Of a DNA stretch of 64,000 bases, positions 41,527 to 54,730 are shown one piece after another (the first letter of the stretch is position 1; every line of letters starts with the position of its first letter). A program made the translations under genes and the position numbers. The DNA lies in the NCBI GenBank assembly GCA_951406725.2, contig OX597820.1, positions 57,350,001 through 57,414,000 on the forward strand, written 5' to 3'. Origin of the DNA: Octopus vulgaris (Eukaryota). A model generated the notes under the pieces. The model had not been told where the DNA came from. It saw only the letters and a program-made list of their open reading frames with translations, and did not search any database.

Positions 41527-42371
41527 ATAGCATTTTGTATGATATGTATATTGTTGCTCTCCATACTATTGCAGTATATTTCTTCTTTACAGTTATTTCT
41601 GGTTCAGCTTTATTTCTTGTAGCAATTCTACAATCCAGCTATGTGGGATGTTGTTCAATGCTTTTGACAAGAAATCCACTTTTTGCTTAAGTTCTTTTAT
41701 CAATTTCTGCTATATTTGGATTTGGTATTATTCATTCTTTGATATCTACCAGCTTTCTTGGAAAGCTATTTGTTATTTCAATACCGTACTATTTTCTGCA
41801 CAAGAATATCGATGTTATAGAGATTTAGACAGTATGTAAATCTGAAAATGTTCATGTTTTCAGAAGAATAAAATACATTTTATTCCCCTCTAAAGTAATG
41901 GACCTAGAATTATCGCTGGTTCTTTAATAACAGTTAGTTCACATTGCTCTGTAAGGAGTGTAGGAACAATTTCCAGGTTTCAATGGTGTAAATATTCCTC
42001 CCTTGATGGGATGCCAGTCCATCACAAAATTACTCTATTTTATCAACTGAGTGAACTGAAGCAACATGAAATGAAGTGTTTTGCTCAAGACCACAACACA
42101 CCACCTGGTCTAGGAATCGAAACCACAATCTTATGACCATGAGTTCAATACCTTAACCACTAAGCAATGCATCATTTTAATGATAACTCTGAAAAGTTAA
42201 ATAAATAACTCATTTTCATTTATCTGGCATTATCCAGTCTGTAAACAAGAAGTTTTGTGTTTTATCAACATTTAGTGGGCTTTTGGGGGTTTTCTTTTCA
42301 ATTATTAAAGTCAACTTACATAATGTAGTGAGGAAATCTAACCTTTACTGGCAAATACAGGAAAAGCTATG

Positions 42372-42412
42372 TTCTGCTGAAGAGGTCTAATAAGACTAAA
42401 ACATGTCTGGAG
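42372..42412 (+). ncRNA. Degenerate hammerhead motif
   Basis: ttctg-CTGAAGA-ggtct-aata-agact-AAAAC-AT-GTC-tggag (G12 changed to A). Confidence 0.5.
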
Positions 42413-42899
42413 TTTTCATCTCTCAGGCTTTATGTGCCATTATTTTCTTCTCCTTGTTGCATAACAATTATAAGTTAATGATATTTTTCTCTTCATTTCA
42501 TTAATTATGATGGTCTTAATTTTAGTTAATTACCACTGGGTAATTTCCATTTTTCAGTTATTATCTAATTCAAATATTTGTTTGCCATATCTGCAACATT
42601 TTGCAACAGAATATACTTTTGAGTTGTTTTTAGTTTGTCCTCCCATGACAATCCTCTGTGCTGATTTCATCATATAAAATTCATTTCTTCAAAATGGTAT
42701 TATCTCTGATCTTTAGTTGCCAATTGTTTATTTATTATCTCAGTACAATTCCTTCAGACTAGCTTTGGAATGATTGTCAGAGAATCATATAATATGTTGA
42801 CATCTTTTATTATCACTCAAGCCATATCATTGTCTATCACATTTGGATCTGTGAGTGAGTGCATAGCTGGGAATTCATGTTATTGCTATTGCTATTTAT

Positions 42900-43145
42900 G
42901 TTGTCATTAATAATAATAATAATAATAATAATAACTACTACTATGACTACTACCACCACCACCACCACCACCACCACCACCACCACCACCACCACCACTA
43001 CTACTATTATTATTATTATCATTATTATTATTATTATTATTATTAGTGGATTTGTGCCTGAATTAGAAACCATTATTATTATTATTGCCATCATCATCAT
43101 CATCCTCATCCCCCTTCTCCTCCTCATCATTATCATCACCAGCAG
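42900..43145. repeat. Compound trinucleotide repeats (TAA/TAC/CAC/ATT/CAT)
   Basis: Directly visible. Confidence 0.9.
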
Positions 43146-44829
43146 CTCCTTTGTCATGATTATATCATATTCCATAGTCTTATTTTCATTGCATGTTTTC
43201 ACTGGACTAATGTCTGGGATACATTCAGTGTTCTTCTTTTCTCAGTTTCTGCTGTATTGAAAGTACTCCACACAATATGTGTTCATTGCCTCGTAGTGCT
43301 ATTTTCCATGTCTTGTGTGAGTCCTGGGATTTTGGATACATATTTATTGGCAATATTTTTAATTATTCCCAAGATACCAATATAATTGTTATTGTTTTCA
43401 GTGCTCACATTCCGACCGACATTATTTGCAGCTCTTTATATATGGATTTGTATTATTTTTCCATTATTTCTCATTATCTCAATGGAGATAATATTGCTGA
43501 TTTTGTTGTTGTTGCTGTTGTTATTGTGTACGTTGTTATGGGCAGATGTGTCTTTGTCTTGCATCAAATTTTGGATTTTTTTTATCTATTCTCTGCGGTT
43601 AATTTTTTCAACAGAAAACCTTCTAAAATGTGTTGGACATTTGCATTATACTTGGGGAAGACAAAAAAAAAACCCTGTAATTTTAGGTTATATTATTTTT
43701 CTGTTTCACTGATTTCCCACATGAGTGGCTTCTCATCAGTGAAACAGCTCTTTAAGAAAGTGAACCTGAGCATAACTACTTGGTGAATAAAATCTAATTA
43801 TATTGCAAGACCGAAACATTGTGCATGGCAAAAGTACTGGTACTTTTTACTTGCCATCAAAGGTGATAACAGTATCGATTCAAGACATTTATCCTCCTCC
43901 CCATCTCGCACATTGTTTCTCAAGGGAGCAAATGTGGCTGACTAGACCGATAAGAGATAAGCAAATCCTGTGGCACTGGGAGGTACTGAATTGACTCTGA
44001 TCAATAGCTTTAGGGGTTGATGACGATGTCTCCTCCTCTCTTCATGCAGTCTCCTGCATTCGGTTTCAAAGTGCTCTACTCCGGCATTACACACGGACTT
44101 CTGTCTGTCAAAAATATCAGTTTGAACAATTTGAACGAGACTATTATGACTAATACTAACAAAACAAGAGAATAAGAAAAGAAAATTTTAATGGGTTTAA
44201 GTATTGTTTTTAAGTGACACAGCAAAGAATGTCAAAATCTTTTTGAAAGGTATTGCTAGCAACAAAAATATACCGAACATAACTGACCTTGCAAAGAAAA
44301 GATCGCCATAGTAGACATATATAACCAAGGAACATGCCCCCTTGCTTCAGCTCTTTATCCAAAAGGGGTGAAGAGGCAGGTCACATAACTGTGCATCTTT
44401 AAAAACAGGAATTTTCTTAAAACCTCAAAATTTGCTGAAGAGTTGAGTGATATATCTTATATCAACGGGATAAGATGTCTGAATTTCAAACAGAAAACTG
44501 GACACATAAGCTAATTCCATAATTCATGGCAGGAGCAACCAGTGAGTGATGAAATTGGGAGGGGTCGGCATGGATATTCAAATAATAACAACTCCAGAAG
44601 GTCACCATTCTAGAACTGTTGACCGGTACGAACGCGGAAAGAAAGGCAATGAAACTAATGATGCTGGGTAGAAGGCTTAGCTGTCACTCATGAAGTCGTA
44701 AAGGCTGTTCATTTAAGAGTTTTCTGGTCACAAAACTTCACAAATAGGAGAAAGAGAGCATCAACGACAACATTAGGCCACAGGAGTAAGTTTCTCTCCT
44801 CGTTTTACATAATTTGCACATGAGTGTAA

Positions 44830-46765
44830 GACAAAAGCCCCTAGGATAAAAGCCCCTCAGACAAGAGCCCCTCGGACAAAAGCCCCATAGTTAAAGTGTG
44901 AAAGAGGACAAAAGCCCCATGGTTATATTTTAGGATTACTTTTCCGTTTTTTTCATCTTTTACTTGTTTTAGTCATTAGACTGCAACCATGCTGAGGCAC
45001 TGCCTTGAAGAATTTTTAGTTGAACGTATCGACCCCAGAATTCTTTTTCCTTTTTACTTGTTACAGTTAGACTGCGGTCATTCTGGGGCACCACCTTGTA
45101 GAATTTTTAGTCGAATGTAACGACCCCAGAATGTTTCTAAATGATCTCCAACCAGCATATAAAGTTAAGCCTAGAAGGTATCTCTACATACTAGAAATAA
45201 CTGCCAAATCTTATGAAATGTTTTTATAAGCCTCTCGTTTTTGTTTTTTATAAAAAATCTTTTTACTTGTTTCAGTCACTAGACTGCGGCCATACTTCAG
45301 CACCAGTTTGAAGAATGTTTGGCCGCAGAAAATTCAACATTTTAAAATATATATTTAAAGTCTTTTGTTTTCTTCTCTCAGCATTTATAGATTAATGAGA
45401 ATAAGTCGATCCTTTGAACTTTCGCCAGCTGTTGAATGTCTAACAGAAGGCTAGTCATTCAAACGTACTTCTTATCGTTTGCCTAAATGGGGAAATGAGT
45501 GTTTCTCCATAAAAATGACAAAATCTGGTTTTTGTGAAGAAAAAACATGTCAGAGACATGTGTAATATTTACTTCCATTTTATGTGTGTATATATAGTCA
45601 TTCGAACGTACTTCTTATCGTTTTTATGTTTCTACACATTTCTTTAAGTAAATGCTTTCTCTTTTATTAGAATTCAGACAATATGTACATTGAGTAGTAA
45701 AGAGGTGTGTGCTCTGTTATCCTATTATCGATGTTAAGGTTGATTTACTTTCATTTTCAAATTTTAAAATTATTCTAAAAATGAGGTAAGTAATAGAAAC
45801 ACACGGAACATACCGTTGTGAGGGACATAGATGTTGTTTACTTGAAAATTGGAATTTTGGAAAATAATTTTTATTTTTTATAACCGCGATTTCCGTTTTT
45901 GTTTACGTGAAATTATTTTTAAAAATTTGTAAGAGTTGGCTGTTATTTCCAGCATATGGAGAGACCTTCTAGGCTTAACTTTATGTGCTGGTTTAAAATC
46001 ACCTAAAAAAAGATTCTGGAGTCGATACACTCGACTAAAAATTCCTCAAGGTGGTGCCTCAGCATGGCCGCAGCCTAATGACTGCAACAAGTAAAAAGAA
46101 AAGCAACAATGAATTATATCAAAGACATGTTTTTTCTTCACAAAAACCAGAATTTGTCATTTTTATGGAGAAATATACATTTCCCTATTTAGACAAACGA
46201 TAAGAAGTACGTTTGAATGACTAGTTTTCTGTTAGACCTTCAACGGCCAGAGAAAGTTCAAAAGGTCAACTTATTCTCATTAATCTATAAGAGTTCATAG
46301 AAGAAAACAAAAGGCTTTATATATATATATATTTTAAAATGCCGAATTCTCTGCGACCAAAATTTCTTCAAGCTGGTGCTGAAGTATGGCCGCTATCCAG
46401 TGACTGAAACAAGTAAAAAGATTTTTAGAAAAAAGAAAAAAAACACTGCGGCCATGCTGGGGCACCACCTTGAGGAATTTTTAGTCAAGTGTATCGACTT
46501 CAGAATCTTTTTTAGGTGATTTTAAACCAGCACATAAAGTTAAGCCTAGAAGGTCTCTCCATATGCAGGAAATAACAGCCAACTCTTACAAATTTTTAAA
46601 AATAATTTCACGTAAACAAAAACGGAAATCGCGGTTGTAAAAAATAAAAATTACTGCAACAAGTAAAAAGAAAAAAAAATTGGGGGGCCGTTATATTCAA
46701 CTAAGAATTCTAAAAACGAAAAAATAACCGAAAAATATAACCGTGGGTCTTTTGTCCGGATCCCT
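44830..46765. mobile_element. Foldback/MULE-like element with long inverted arms containing SINE tails
   Basis: Terminal GGACAAAAGCCCC repeats on the left and GGGTCTTTTGTCC on the right. Inverted pairs 45245-45551 vs 46124-46440 and 45865-46073 vs 46446-46653. Confidence 0.75.
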
Positions 46766-47589
46766 AGTGTTTTTTGCAAGGCCTTTGTAACATGTTTTTC
46801 TGCGTGTGACGAGCTCTGATGGTAATAAAAGAAACGATCATCATCATGATCATCATCATAATCATGATCATTATTATTATTGCTATTGCCATTATCATTA
46901 TTATTGATATTGTTTTCCGATGAATTGATGCGTTTAATGCAGTTTCGGAGAATTGAGTTTGCTACATTTAATTTGATGGAGAAGAAGAATATTTTGTCTC
47001 ATTTTGTCAGCAAAGAACTTTAGAGAATTTGTTCGTCCGCCCCATTAGCTTGGAGTGGAAACATAAGATTTGTCATTGGTTAATCTTTTTTTTTTTAATG
47101 TTTTATATTTTTGTAAATATTGTTTACTCGCAATTTAATCAGGTTTCCTCTAGAGGAACGAGAAGCTACGCTAGCTACAAATGTAGAAGCAGTGAATAAG
47201 CCCCCACCAAAAGAAAAAAAAACGGATAAAAGTTTTGAAAAGTTTGAAAATAATAAAAAAGAAAGACTTTTTAGTAAAAAGATAAACAGAAAAATATGAG
47301 AATTGCATAGCCAGAAACTTTTGTAAACAGACATTTACGCTTTAACACGCACAAGCGGCAAACATATAAATTTCGAAAACAAAAGTAATTCATCGATTGT
47401 GATCATTACGAGCCAGAGAAAATATTGATCATAGGTCACCTCCGGGGAAAAAAGCGTAGGAAAAGTGTGTCACAAAAGTCAGTGCCTCTCTTTTTGTCGA
47501 TTTCATCGACGAATGGTCAAGGAGAACTTTAACGTACTTTTGCTTCTCACAATAAAATCGAGAGCATTTTGATATACCCTCAAAGGAGT

Positions 47590-47990
47590 AGCTTTAAGAA
47601 GTCTTAGCTGGTGTATGGCGCGTTGTGCGCTCCACAGAGAGAAGTAGGGCATATGGAAGTGTAAGCCAAGCCTTTAAGACACGGGGTGAAGCAAGGAAAT
47701 GAGCAGAGCTTAAGCACCATGCACAGAGTGGTGTTGGCTGAGGAATAAAACACGAGATACGATTTAGCTTGTCGTCACATTTGTGGAACAGCACGAGCAG
47801 GTGATGAGTGCGGAAGCAACTGGAAACAACATGTGGTCAGTTGGAATCTGCAGAGACAGACAGGTTCTGATAATCTCCACCAAAAGTCACGAGGATATTC
47901 TAAAATCGTACCCTGTTGTAGAAGAAGAAAGAAAGGTAATCTGACTGGTGATGGGCAGAAAGCCAACTTATTACAAGTGTAAGAACTTCC
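47590..47990 (-). pseudogene. Possible degraded LINE ORF2 C-terminal fragment
   Basis: Weak TILEY..W and LFHK..CFIPQP similarity; frameshifted. Confidence 0.3.
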
Positions 47991-49221
47991 TGGGAACAGT
48001 GTGTCTAGATGAGGAAGAGAAAAGGGGACAGTAGTCTATAATAGAGGTGGTAGCAGTAACAGCAGCAACGACTACAACAATAGAAGCAGCAGGCCTTGGA
48101 AATCACATTTTCCAGAGCACTACCAATCGCAACTCGTTGGATAGCAGAAGATATTGCCTCGCCTTCGGTTACGAGATCCAACGATCAGGTGGAGCATCGA
48201 AAAATCAAGAACTCCTGTGTCCCGTAACGCAGAGCTGGCAGGAGGTCATAACAAATAGTATCAGTTCATTATTTTGCAACTCCCAATATACCGTTTGGTT
48301 TTTGAAGATATGCACGCTAGACTATAGAGATGTACAAAAGAAATAGAACAGTTGAAAAGGAATATATGATAGTTCAAACAGCGAAAATAAAATTTTAAAC
48401 TGTAATAAAGATTAAAAATAACTGAGAGGGTAATTCATAAAGGTAGACTTATAACATGCAAAATGAAATTTATAAGAAAACAACAAACTCAGATTTTGGC
48501 ATTGCTACAGAATATTAAGCAAGTTCACCAATGAAACTACAGCGCCTTAGCAATGGAAATATTAACAGAGACTATTATGAAAAAAATTTGTGAGTAAAAA
48601 TTATTAAATTGGAAAGAGAAAAGAAATTCTTGAGATAATAATCGAAATATAGAAATAATTAAAGAATCAATAAATATGTCTATACTAGACTTATCAGTTC
48701 GGGAAGGTCTGAACAAATTATGGGTACTGCTTCTTTCCCCCGTCTGTCTTGTGTAAAGAGGTACTTTTCTAAAGATGAGAATTGACTATGGAATTGCAAG
48801 AACAATTTTATAACACAAACACATAAAAGTACTCATAAACTCGACCACAAAAGACATAACTGAAACACATGCAAACGTCTATACTAGTTGAATAAACCAA
48901 CTAACTTTGCTGTAATGCGATAGCATTAAATATATGAAGTGAATAACTTCAATTGAACGTATTCATGCAATCAGTAGACGTTGCTTGGGGGGAAAACGTT
49001 TGATAATTTAAAAAGAGTGAGAGAGTGAATGGAAACGACTGGAAGTAAGGTACATAGCTCCAATACAATCAAATATTTGAAAATTTTTTGTAATTATTAT
49101 TATGCAACGGGAATAGATCTAGTCTTTAGAGCCAACTGGTTGAAGTAAAAGACATGTTTCAAACTTAATAGACTTTTACAGCGAATTATACATCAGTTGG
49201 AAAAATTTACAAACAATCAAC

Positions 49222-49315
<94 letters not shown>

Positions 49316-50480
49316 ATATATAAAACTGAAATGCGTTTTTACCGCTTGGATCGCTTTCAATGCCACTACATCCCGTCCGATTCGCTCCAAAATTTACAGG
49401 GACATGTAGAATGAGGTGACGATGCTCGTGGGCTACCTAAGAAATCCCTATTTTAAAAGGTGTGGTTGCTAGGGGCCATCTTCCTCACTCACCCTATTTC
49501 CTCCAGTACCCTCTCACTCCTCTTCATTTGACAAGTCCACTCCAGTTATTTAATGTAAAGTCTTCCTCAAATCACTCTCTCGCTATTTCCTCTCTTCCAA
49601 GATCATTTTCACTCACTCTTATCCCTTAGCTTCCCATACATTTTACTCATGTATCTATCAGCGTTCATAGACAGAAACAAATATTACATCGCCCTCGCCA
49701 TCGCCACGCCATCGCATTCTATTGTCTACCTGTCAACACACACACACATATATACATATATCTAATATTATATTTTTATTTTTATGTTTTTGTTTTTGGT
49801 TTTTTACTGTTTCATTTCCCTATTAGTAGTTTTATCTCTAATTTAATTTCTACAGCGTGTGCACACACACACACACCTATATGTGGCCCCAGTACACCCG
49901 ATTGAAATCGGGTTCTCTTCATCAAAATGTGAAAAGGGGTCTACAATTATCATCGCCACAACTTATGTATGTCTTCCTCACTCACTCACTCACTTACTCT
50001 TTTTCCTAATGATAATTATCATCGCCACCACCAACACACAATCATGACAATCTTTCTCTTAAAACAAATCATGTTTACATTGCAAAATATTTCATTTTCC
50101 CGTCCTCTCTTTCATATATCACCTTTTCTTTCTCGAGCTCTCTCTTTTTTCGCCGTCTCTATTTATTCTACGAGTCTATCAATGACAGCCGCAAAAGTTT
50201 CAATATTCCTACTTCACCTCTTTCAGAAACGCAACAGATATTATTTTTTTTGCCGGGGTTAAAGCCCACTACATCCCGTCGGATTCATTCCAAAATTTAC
50301 ACCTTCTCTTTCTACCTCTAACTCCCATTCAATTTCTCTTTATCTCCATTCTTAAAGATAATTATCATCGCCACCACCACCACCACCAACACACAATCTG
50401 GACAATCTTTCTCTTATAACAAATCATGTTTACATTGCAACGACGTCTGCCACCTCCGCCGTCTCTATTTATTCTGCAAA

Positions 50481-50637
50481 TGACCAGAACTCGGGAAACT
50501 TGGTTGAGTGTTCTATGGTCTATGACCAGAACTCGGGAAACTTGGTTGAGTGTTCTATGGTCTATGACCAGAACTCGGGAAACTTGCTTGACTGTTCTAT
50601 GGTCTATGACCAGAACTTGGGAAACTTGGTTGAGTCC
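50481..50637. repeat. 42-bp tandem repeat x3.7 inside the Helitron
   Basis: Unit TGACCAGAACTCGGGAAACTTGGTTGAGTGTTCTATGGTCTA. Confidence 0.9.
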
Positions 50638-51323
50638 TCATCTTATAAAATGTGGCCCCAGTAGACCCAAATGAAATCGGGTTATATTAACCAAAATGTG
50701 AAAAGGGGTCTAAATGGGGCTGGAAGGGGATTAAAATTTAAAGGAGCGGGTGTTTAGCAATTCTCTGTTACATCAAGCTAAAAAATTTGCGCCAGCCTTT
50801 TAATCGTCAATGTGTTGCCGTCCATGATGAAGAAGTTTTGAATGCTTGCCATCGTGAGTCTACTGTCGTGAGAAAGAATCAATTCAAAACTTGGTTTTTA
50901 GGGATTTTCTTTTACATCAAGTTCAAAATTTTACGCCAGCCGTTGAACTGTCAATACGTTGCTGTCCGTCGTTAAGAAATGCCAGCCATGGTGACTCTAC
51001 TATCTTCAAATTCTATCCCTTCAAACTTTGGTTTCCAATATTTTATTATTTTTATTCAGCTCGCAAGTTCGTCTGTCCCTTTTAAATGTTAGTGTTTTGC
51101 TGTCTGTCTTGAAGCAGACTTTTCCGTTGTTACTGCCTGATATTTATGATTGATCTTTCTAAATATTTTATTTCTCAACTTACTCAAGATCTTTTATTGT
51201 TTATAAATGGGAGAGAGATACATAAAGATAGAGAGTAAGAGAAAGCGAGGGAGAGTCCGAGAGAAAGGAAGAGTAAGAGCGTGGGAAAGTGAGAGAGAAA
51301 GGAGAAAGAAACAAAGAGGGAGA

Positions 51324-51637
51324 ATCATCATCATCATCATCATCGTTTAACGTCCGTTTTCCGTGCTAACACGGGTTGGACAGTTTGACAGGGGTCTGGG
51401 AAGCCAGGAGGCTGCACCAGGCTCCAGTCTGATCTGGCAGTGTTTCGACAGGTGGATGCCCTTCCTAACGCCAACCACTCTGTGAGTGTAGTGGGTGCTT
51501 TTTTCGTGCCGCCTGCACAGGTGCCAGAGGGGCTGGCAGCGGCCACGATCGGTTGGTGCTTTTTACGTGCCACCAGCACAGAAGCCAGTCAAGGCGGCGC
51601 TGCAATCCACCACGTTCGGACGGTGCTTTTTACGTGC
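51324..51637 (-). mobile_element. SINE with RTE-type 3' tail
   Basis: Tail ACGGACGTTAAACG(ATG)n, body GGTTGGCGTTAGGAAGGGCATCC. Fragments also at about 6085-6260, 7500-7650, 13485-13580, 14455-14530, 15605-15655 and 16960-17140. Confidence 0.75.
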
Positions 51638-51955
51638 TGAAAGGAAGCAACAGAAAGTAACAACCACACTCTTACCCGCGCGTCGAGCGGATCACCTTCA
51701 GCTAGTATATATATATTTATAAATAAATTATAAATATAAATTATACAATTTTATGTAGAGATTGTTAACTACAACAATGCTCAGAAACAGGCTAGAATTA
51801 AAGGGCTCTAATTGAGCTAAGTTCCAATTTATGATTTCAATGAAGGCAATACCAACGGAAAACTAGTAATAGGTCATGTTCCTCTAGTTTTCCGCTGGTA
51901 TTGCCTCATCTGATAGTCTGGCTGATACAGTTATGTATACGGGTGTACATCTATC

Positions 51956-52038
<83 letters not shown>

Positions 52039-52315
52039 ACTTCGTTTTTGGATTTGGTTTGCAAGATTCTTCACGTGAGTTCGTGTGTTGAAGCATATTT
52101 TGTTGTGTCTGGTGAGAGTCATTCTCTTTTAGTGCCTTATTATTTAACACACTCACCGACAAAGTTTCCACTCATTTAGCTATTTATTTTTCCGAAAATT
52201 ATCGTTGCGATTTGCAACCTTTTCAATAGTCATTGACTCTGTCCGTTATCCGAGCTACGTTCTTTTTGTTTGTTTGCGCGCAAACACATGTATGTATGTA
52301 TGTATGTATGTATGC

Positions 52316-52590
52316 GATTTAAGGACTGTGTCAAGTCCTCATTAAAGGCCTGTGATATGCAGGAGACCGACTGGGAGAGCAATGCTTGGGATCGTCACAG
52401 ATGGAGGAAGCAGGTTAAGGAGGGGATCGATACCTTTGAGAGAGCATGTATTCTGACTGAAGAATTTAAGCGTGCTGCTCGAAGGCGCACTGCAATCGTA
52501 GTGAATGAGGGAAAGCTTGATTTGTAATGTTTGCAGTCGTGTATGCTTGTCAAGAGCAGGGCTCTTTAGCCACCAATGGAGCCGCAAATG
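52316..52590 (+). pseudogene. RTE-clade LINE 3' fragment nested in the PLE
   Basis: RFKDCVKSSLKACDMQETDWESNAWDRHRWRKQVKEG, then after a frameshift CNVCSRVCLSRAGLFSH (RTE C-terminal Zn motif). Confidence 0.85.
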
Positions 52591-52938
52591 TCTCCTTGTG
52601 TGTGCATGTCTAAGTGTGTCTGCGTATGGGTTTTACTGACTATGCACTGTGTCTGTATTTATGAATGTGCGTCTCCATATGTGTCCTCTTGTAAAATGAA
52701 GAGTGCGTATATGGTCACGTGTTTCAGTCTTCATTTGCGTATGTGAGTATGTGTGCTTGTCTGTTCATATTACCTATGTACCTATACCTCTGTATGTCTA
52801 TCTGTTTACATTCATATCCATTTACCTACATACATATGCATATACGTTTACACACACACACACACACATACATACATCTACATAACAGCCCACTAACTAT
52901 TCTACCCGTATATATGAGTATGGGGGTATGATTATCTA

Positions 52939-53255
52939 CTACGCATATTTTCTATTTAGTACTGGAGATGTATCATTTATGAGGACGTACTCCTGTATTT
53001 GTCTAAGTGTTGGGCCCTTTGGGTGCTTGAATAAAATGCGGATGTCAAGTTGACCCAGGTTGCCTCCATGTTGGTCCTTGGCATGTTGGTAGAGTATGGA
53101 GGACTGTTTTTTGTCGTCATATTGTCTTAAATGTTCATTAAATCTTTCCGCAATGCTCCTAGATGTCTTTCTTGTGTGTGTCATGTCCTTGTCTTTACAA
53201 GCACCTTCTATGCACCTAAAGGTGTAGACTACAGTTCTAGTTCTACAGTTAATAC
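52939..53255 (-). pseudogene. GIY-YIG endonuclease domain of a Penelope-like element
   Basis: INCRTRTVVYTFRC..HTRKTSRSIAERFNEH..LYQHAKDQH..RQIQEYVLI..PVLNRK; the YIG motif is degenerate. Confidence 0.8.
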
Positions 53256-53756
53256 AAGGATTAATCCTACATCCATACATACACCCGTATGCGCACACAC
53301 ACTGACCCACACACATGCGCACAAACAAACAAAAAGAACGCAGCTCGGATAACGGACAGAGTCAACGACTGTTGAAAAGTTTGCAAGACGCAAATAGTAA
53401 ATGAGTGGAAACTTTACCGGTGAGGGTGTTAAATAATAAGGCACTAAGAGAGTGACCCCAATGGGTTACGGGTAGTCAAGTATATATATATATGATATAT
53501 ATAAGCAAGAAATATAAATATTATTATAAAATAAAAATACTATCCAGCAAGACTAAAGCATCATAAAAGGTAGAATTATAAATATACAAAGCGGATGTAC
53601 ACAAAGTATGATCATTGCTAGAAATAGCAGCCGGTAAGCTATCGGCGCTATGTAGAGCTTCACTGAATGTTTACAGGCAGAGATGTTTGCGGGCGGTGGA
53701 CATAGGAAAATTCTGTCTTACCTCTACGAAGACCGTTAGAGGAATGAAGGATAATA

Positions 53757-53828
<72 letters not shown>

Positions 53829-54361
53829 TGTGTTTGATTGTCCCCCCAAACCGCTTGACGACCGGTGTTGGTGTGTTTACGTCCTCGTAACCAAGCGGTT
53901 CGTCAAAAAAGAATAGGTAATAGGCTTAAAAAATAAGTCCTGGAGTCGATTCGTTCGACTAAAAGTTCAAGGCGGTGCCCCAGCATGGTTGCAGTCTAAC
54001 GACTGAAACAAGCAAAAGATAAAAGATGATAGACTCATGTTGTAGCTTGAATCAGTAGCCGCGAAAAAAGGAAATTTGGTACTTCCTTATAATTTTTTAT
54101 GCAGGAACTTCTACACACTAGCAATTTACAAGAGAAACAAAGATACAGAAGAAGAAAGAAAGAAAACTGTCTTGCAATGCTGAATGAGATCGCCAACAGA
54201 AAAATATAGCTTCAACAAAAATGACTTAAGTGAAATAACTCAAAGAGGCCAGAGGCATATATGTGGAGCTGAGCTAAACTGTTTTGAAATACACGTAACT
54301 TTAGTCAAATGTGTTGAATGCTACTTTCTTTGGAAAACCTATTTTTCCCCCAGTCATAATC

Positions 54362-54730
54362 TACTCTTTACTCTCTTTTACTTGTTTCAGTCATTTGACT
54401 GTGGCCATGCTGGAGCGCCGCCTTTAGTCGAGAGCAAATCGACCCCAGGACTTATTCTTTGTAAGCCTAGTATTTATTCTATCGGTCTTTTTTTGCTGAA
54501 CCGCTAAGTTACGGGGACGTAAACACACCAACATCGATTGTCAAGCGATGTTGGGGGAACAAACAGAGACACACGAACACACACACACACATACATATAT
54601 ACGACGGGCTTCTTTCAGTTTCCATCTACCAAATCCACTCACAAGGTTTTGGTTGGCCCGAGGCTATAGTAGAACCCGGAACCATGTGGTTCTTAAGCAA
54701 GCTACTTACCACACAGCCACTCCTACGCCT
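54362..54730 (-). mobile_element. SINE type A, CpG-retaining, with internal deletion
   Basis: Collinear with the family; partial copies at about 53760-54028(+) and 54807-54900(+). Confidence 0.88.

Larger units (their letters stand above)
39360..43790 (-). pseudogene. Ancient fragmented R4/Dong-like LINE
   Basis: Minus-strand peptides SKALNNIPHSWIVELL (about 41625-41670; KAYD.VPHSWI), DIDRLYLK (about 39740-39760), LQGLLEIANEDIEM and KWKLPSG. Confidence 0.6.
49313..51705 (+). mobile_element. Non-autonomous Helitron
   Basis: Starts A|TCTATATATAAAACTG, ends with hairpin CCGC-N7-GCGG then CTAG|T. No TSD; several internal duplications. Confidence 0.75.
52040..53460 (-). mobile_element. 5'-truncated Penelope-like element with inverted terminal repeat
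   Basis: 52115-52282 is inverted relative to 53317-53458 and the pair brackets a GIY-YIG ORF remnant. Confidence 0.8.

Noticed and set aside
42837-43786. Hydrophobic ORFs of 108-169 aa
   Set aside because: Trinucleotide repeats and the T-rich antisense strand of a degraded LINE.
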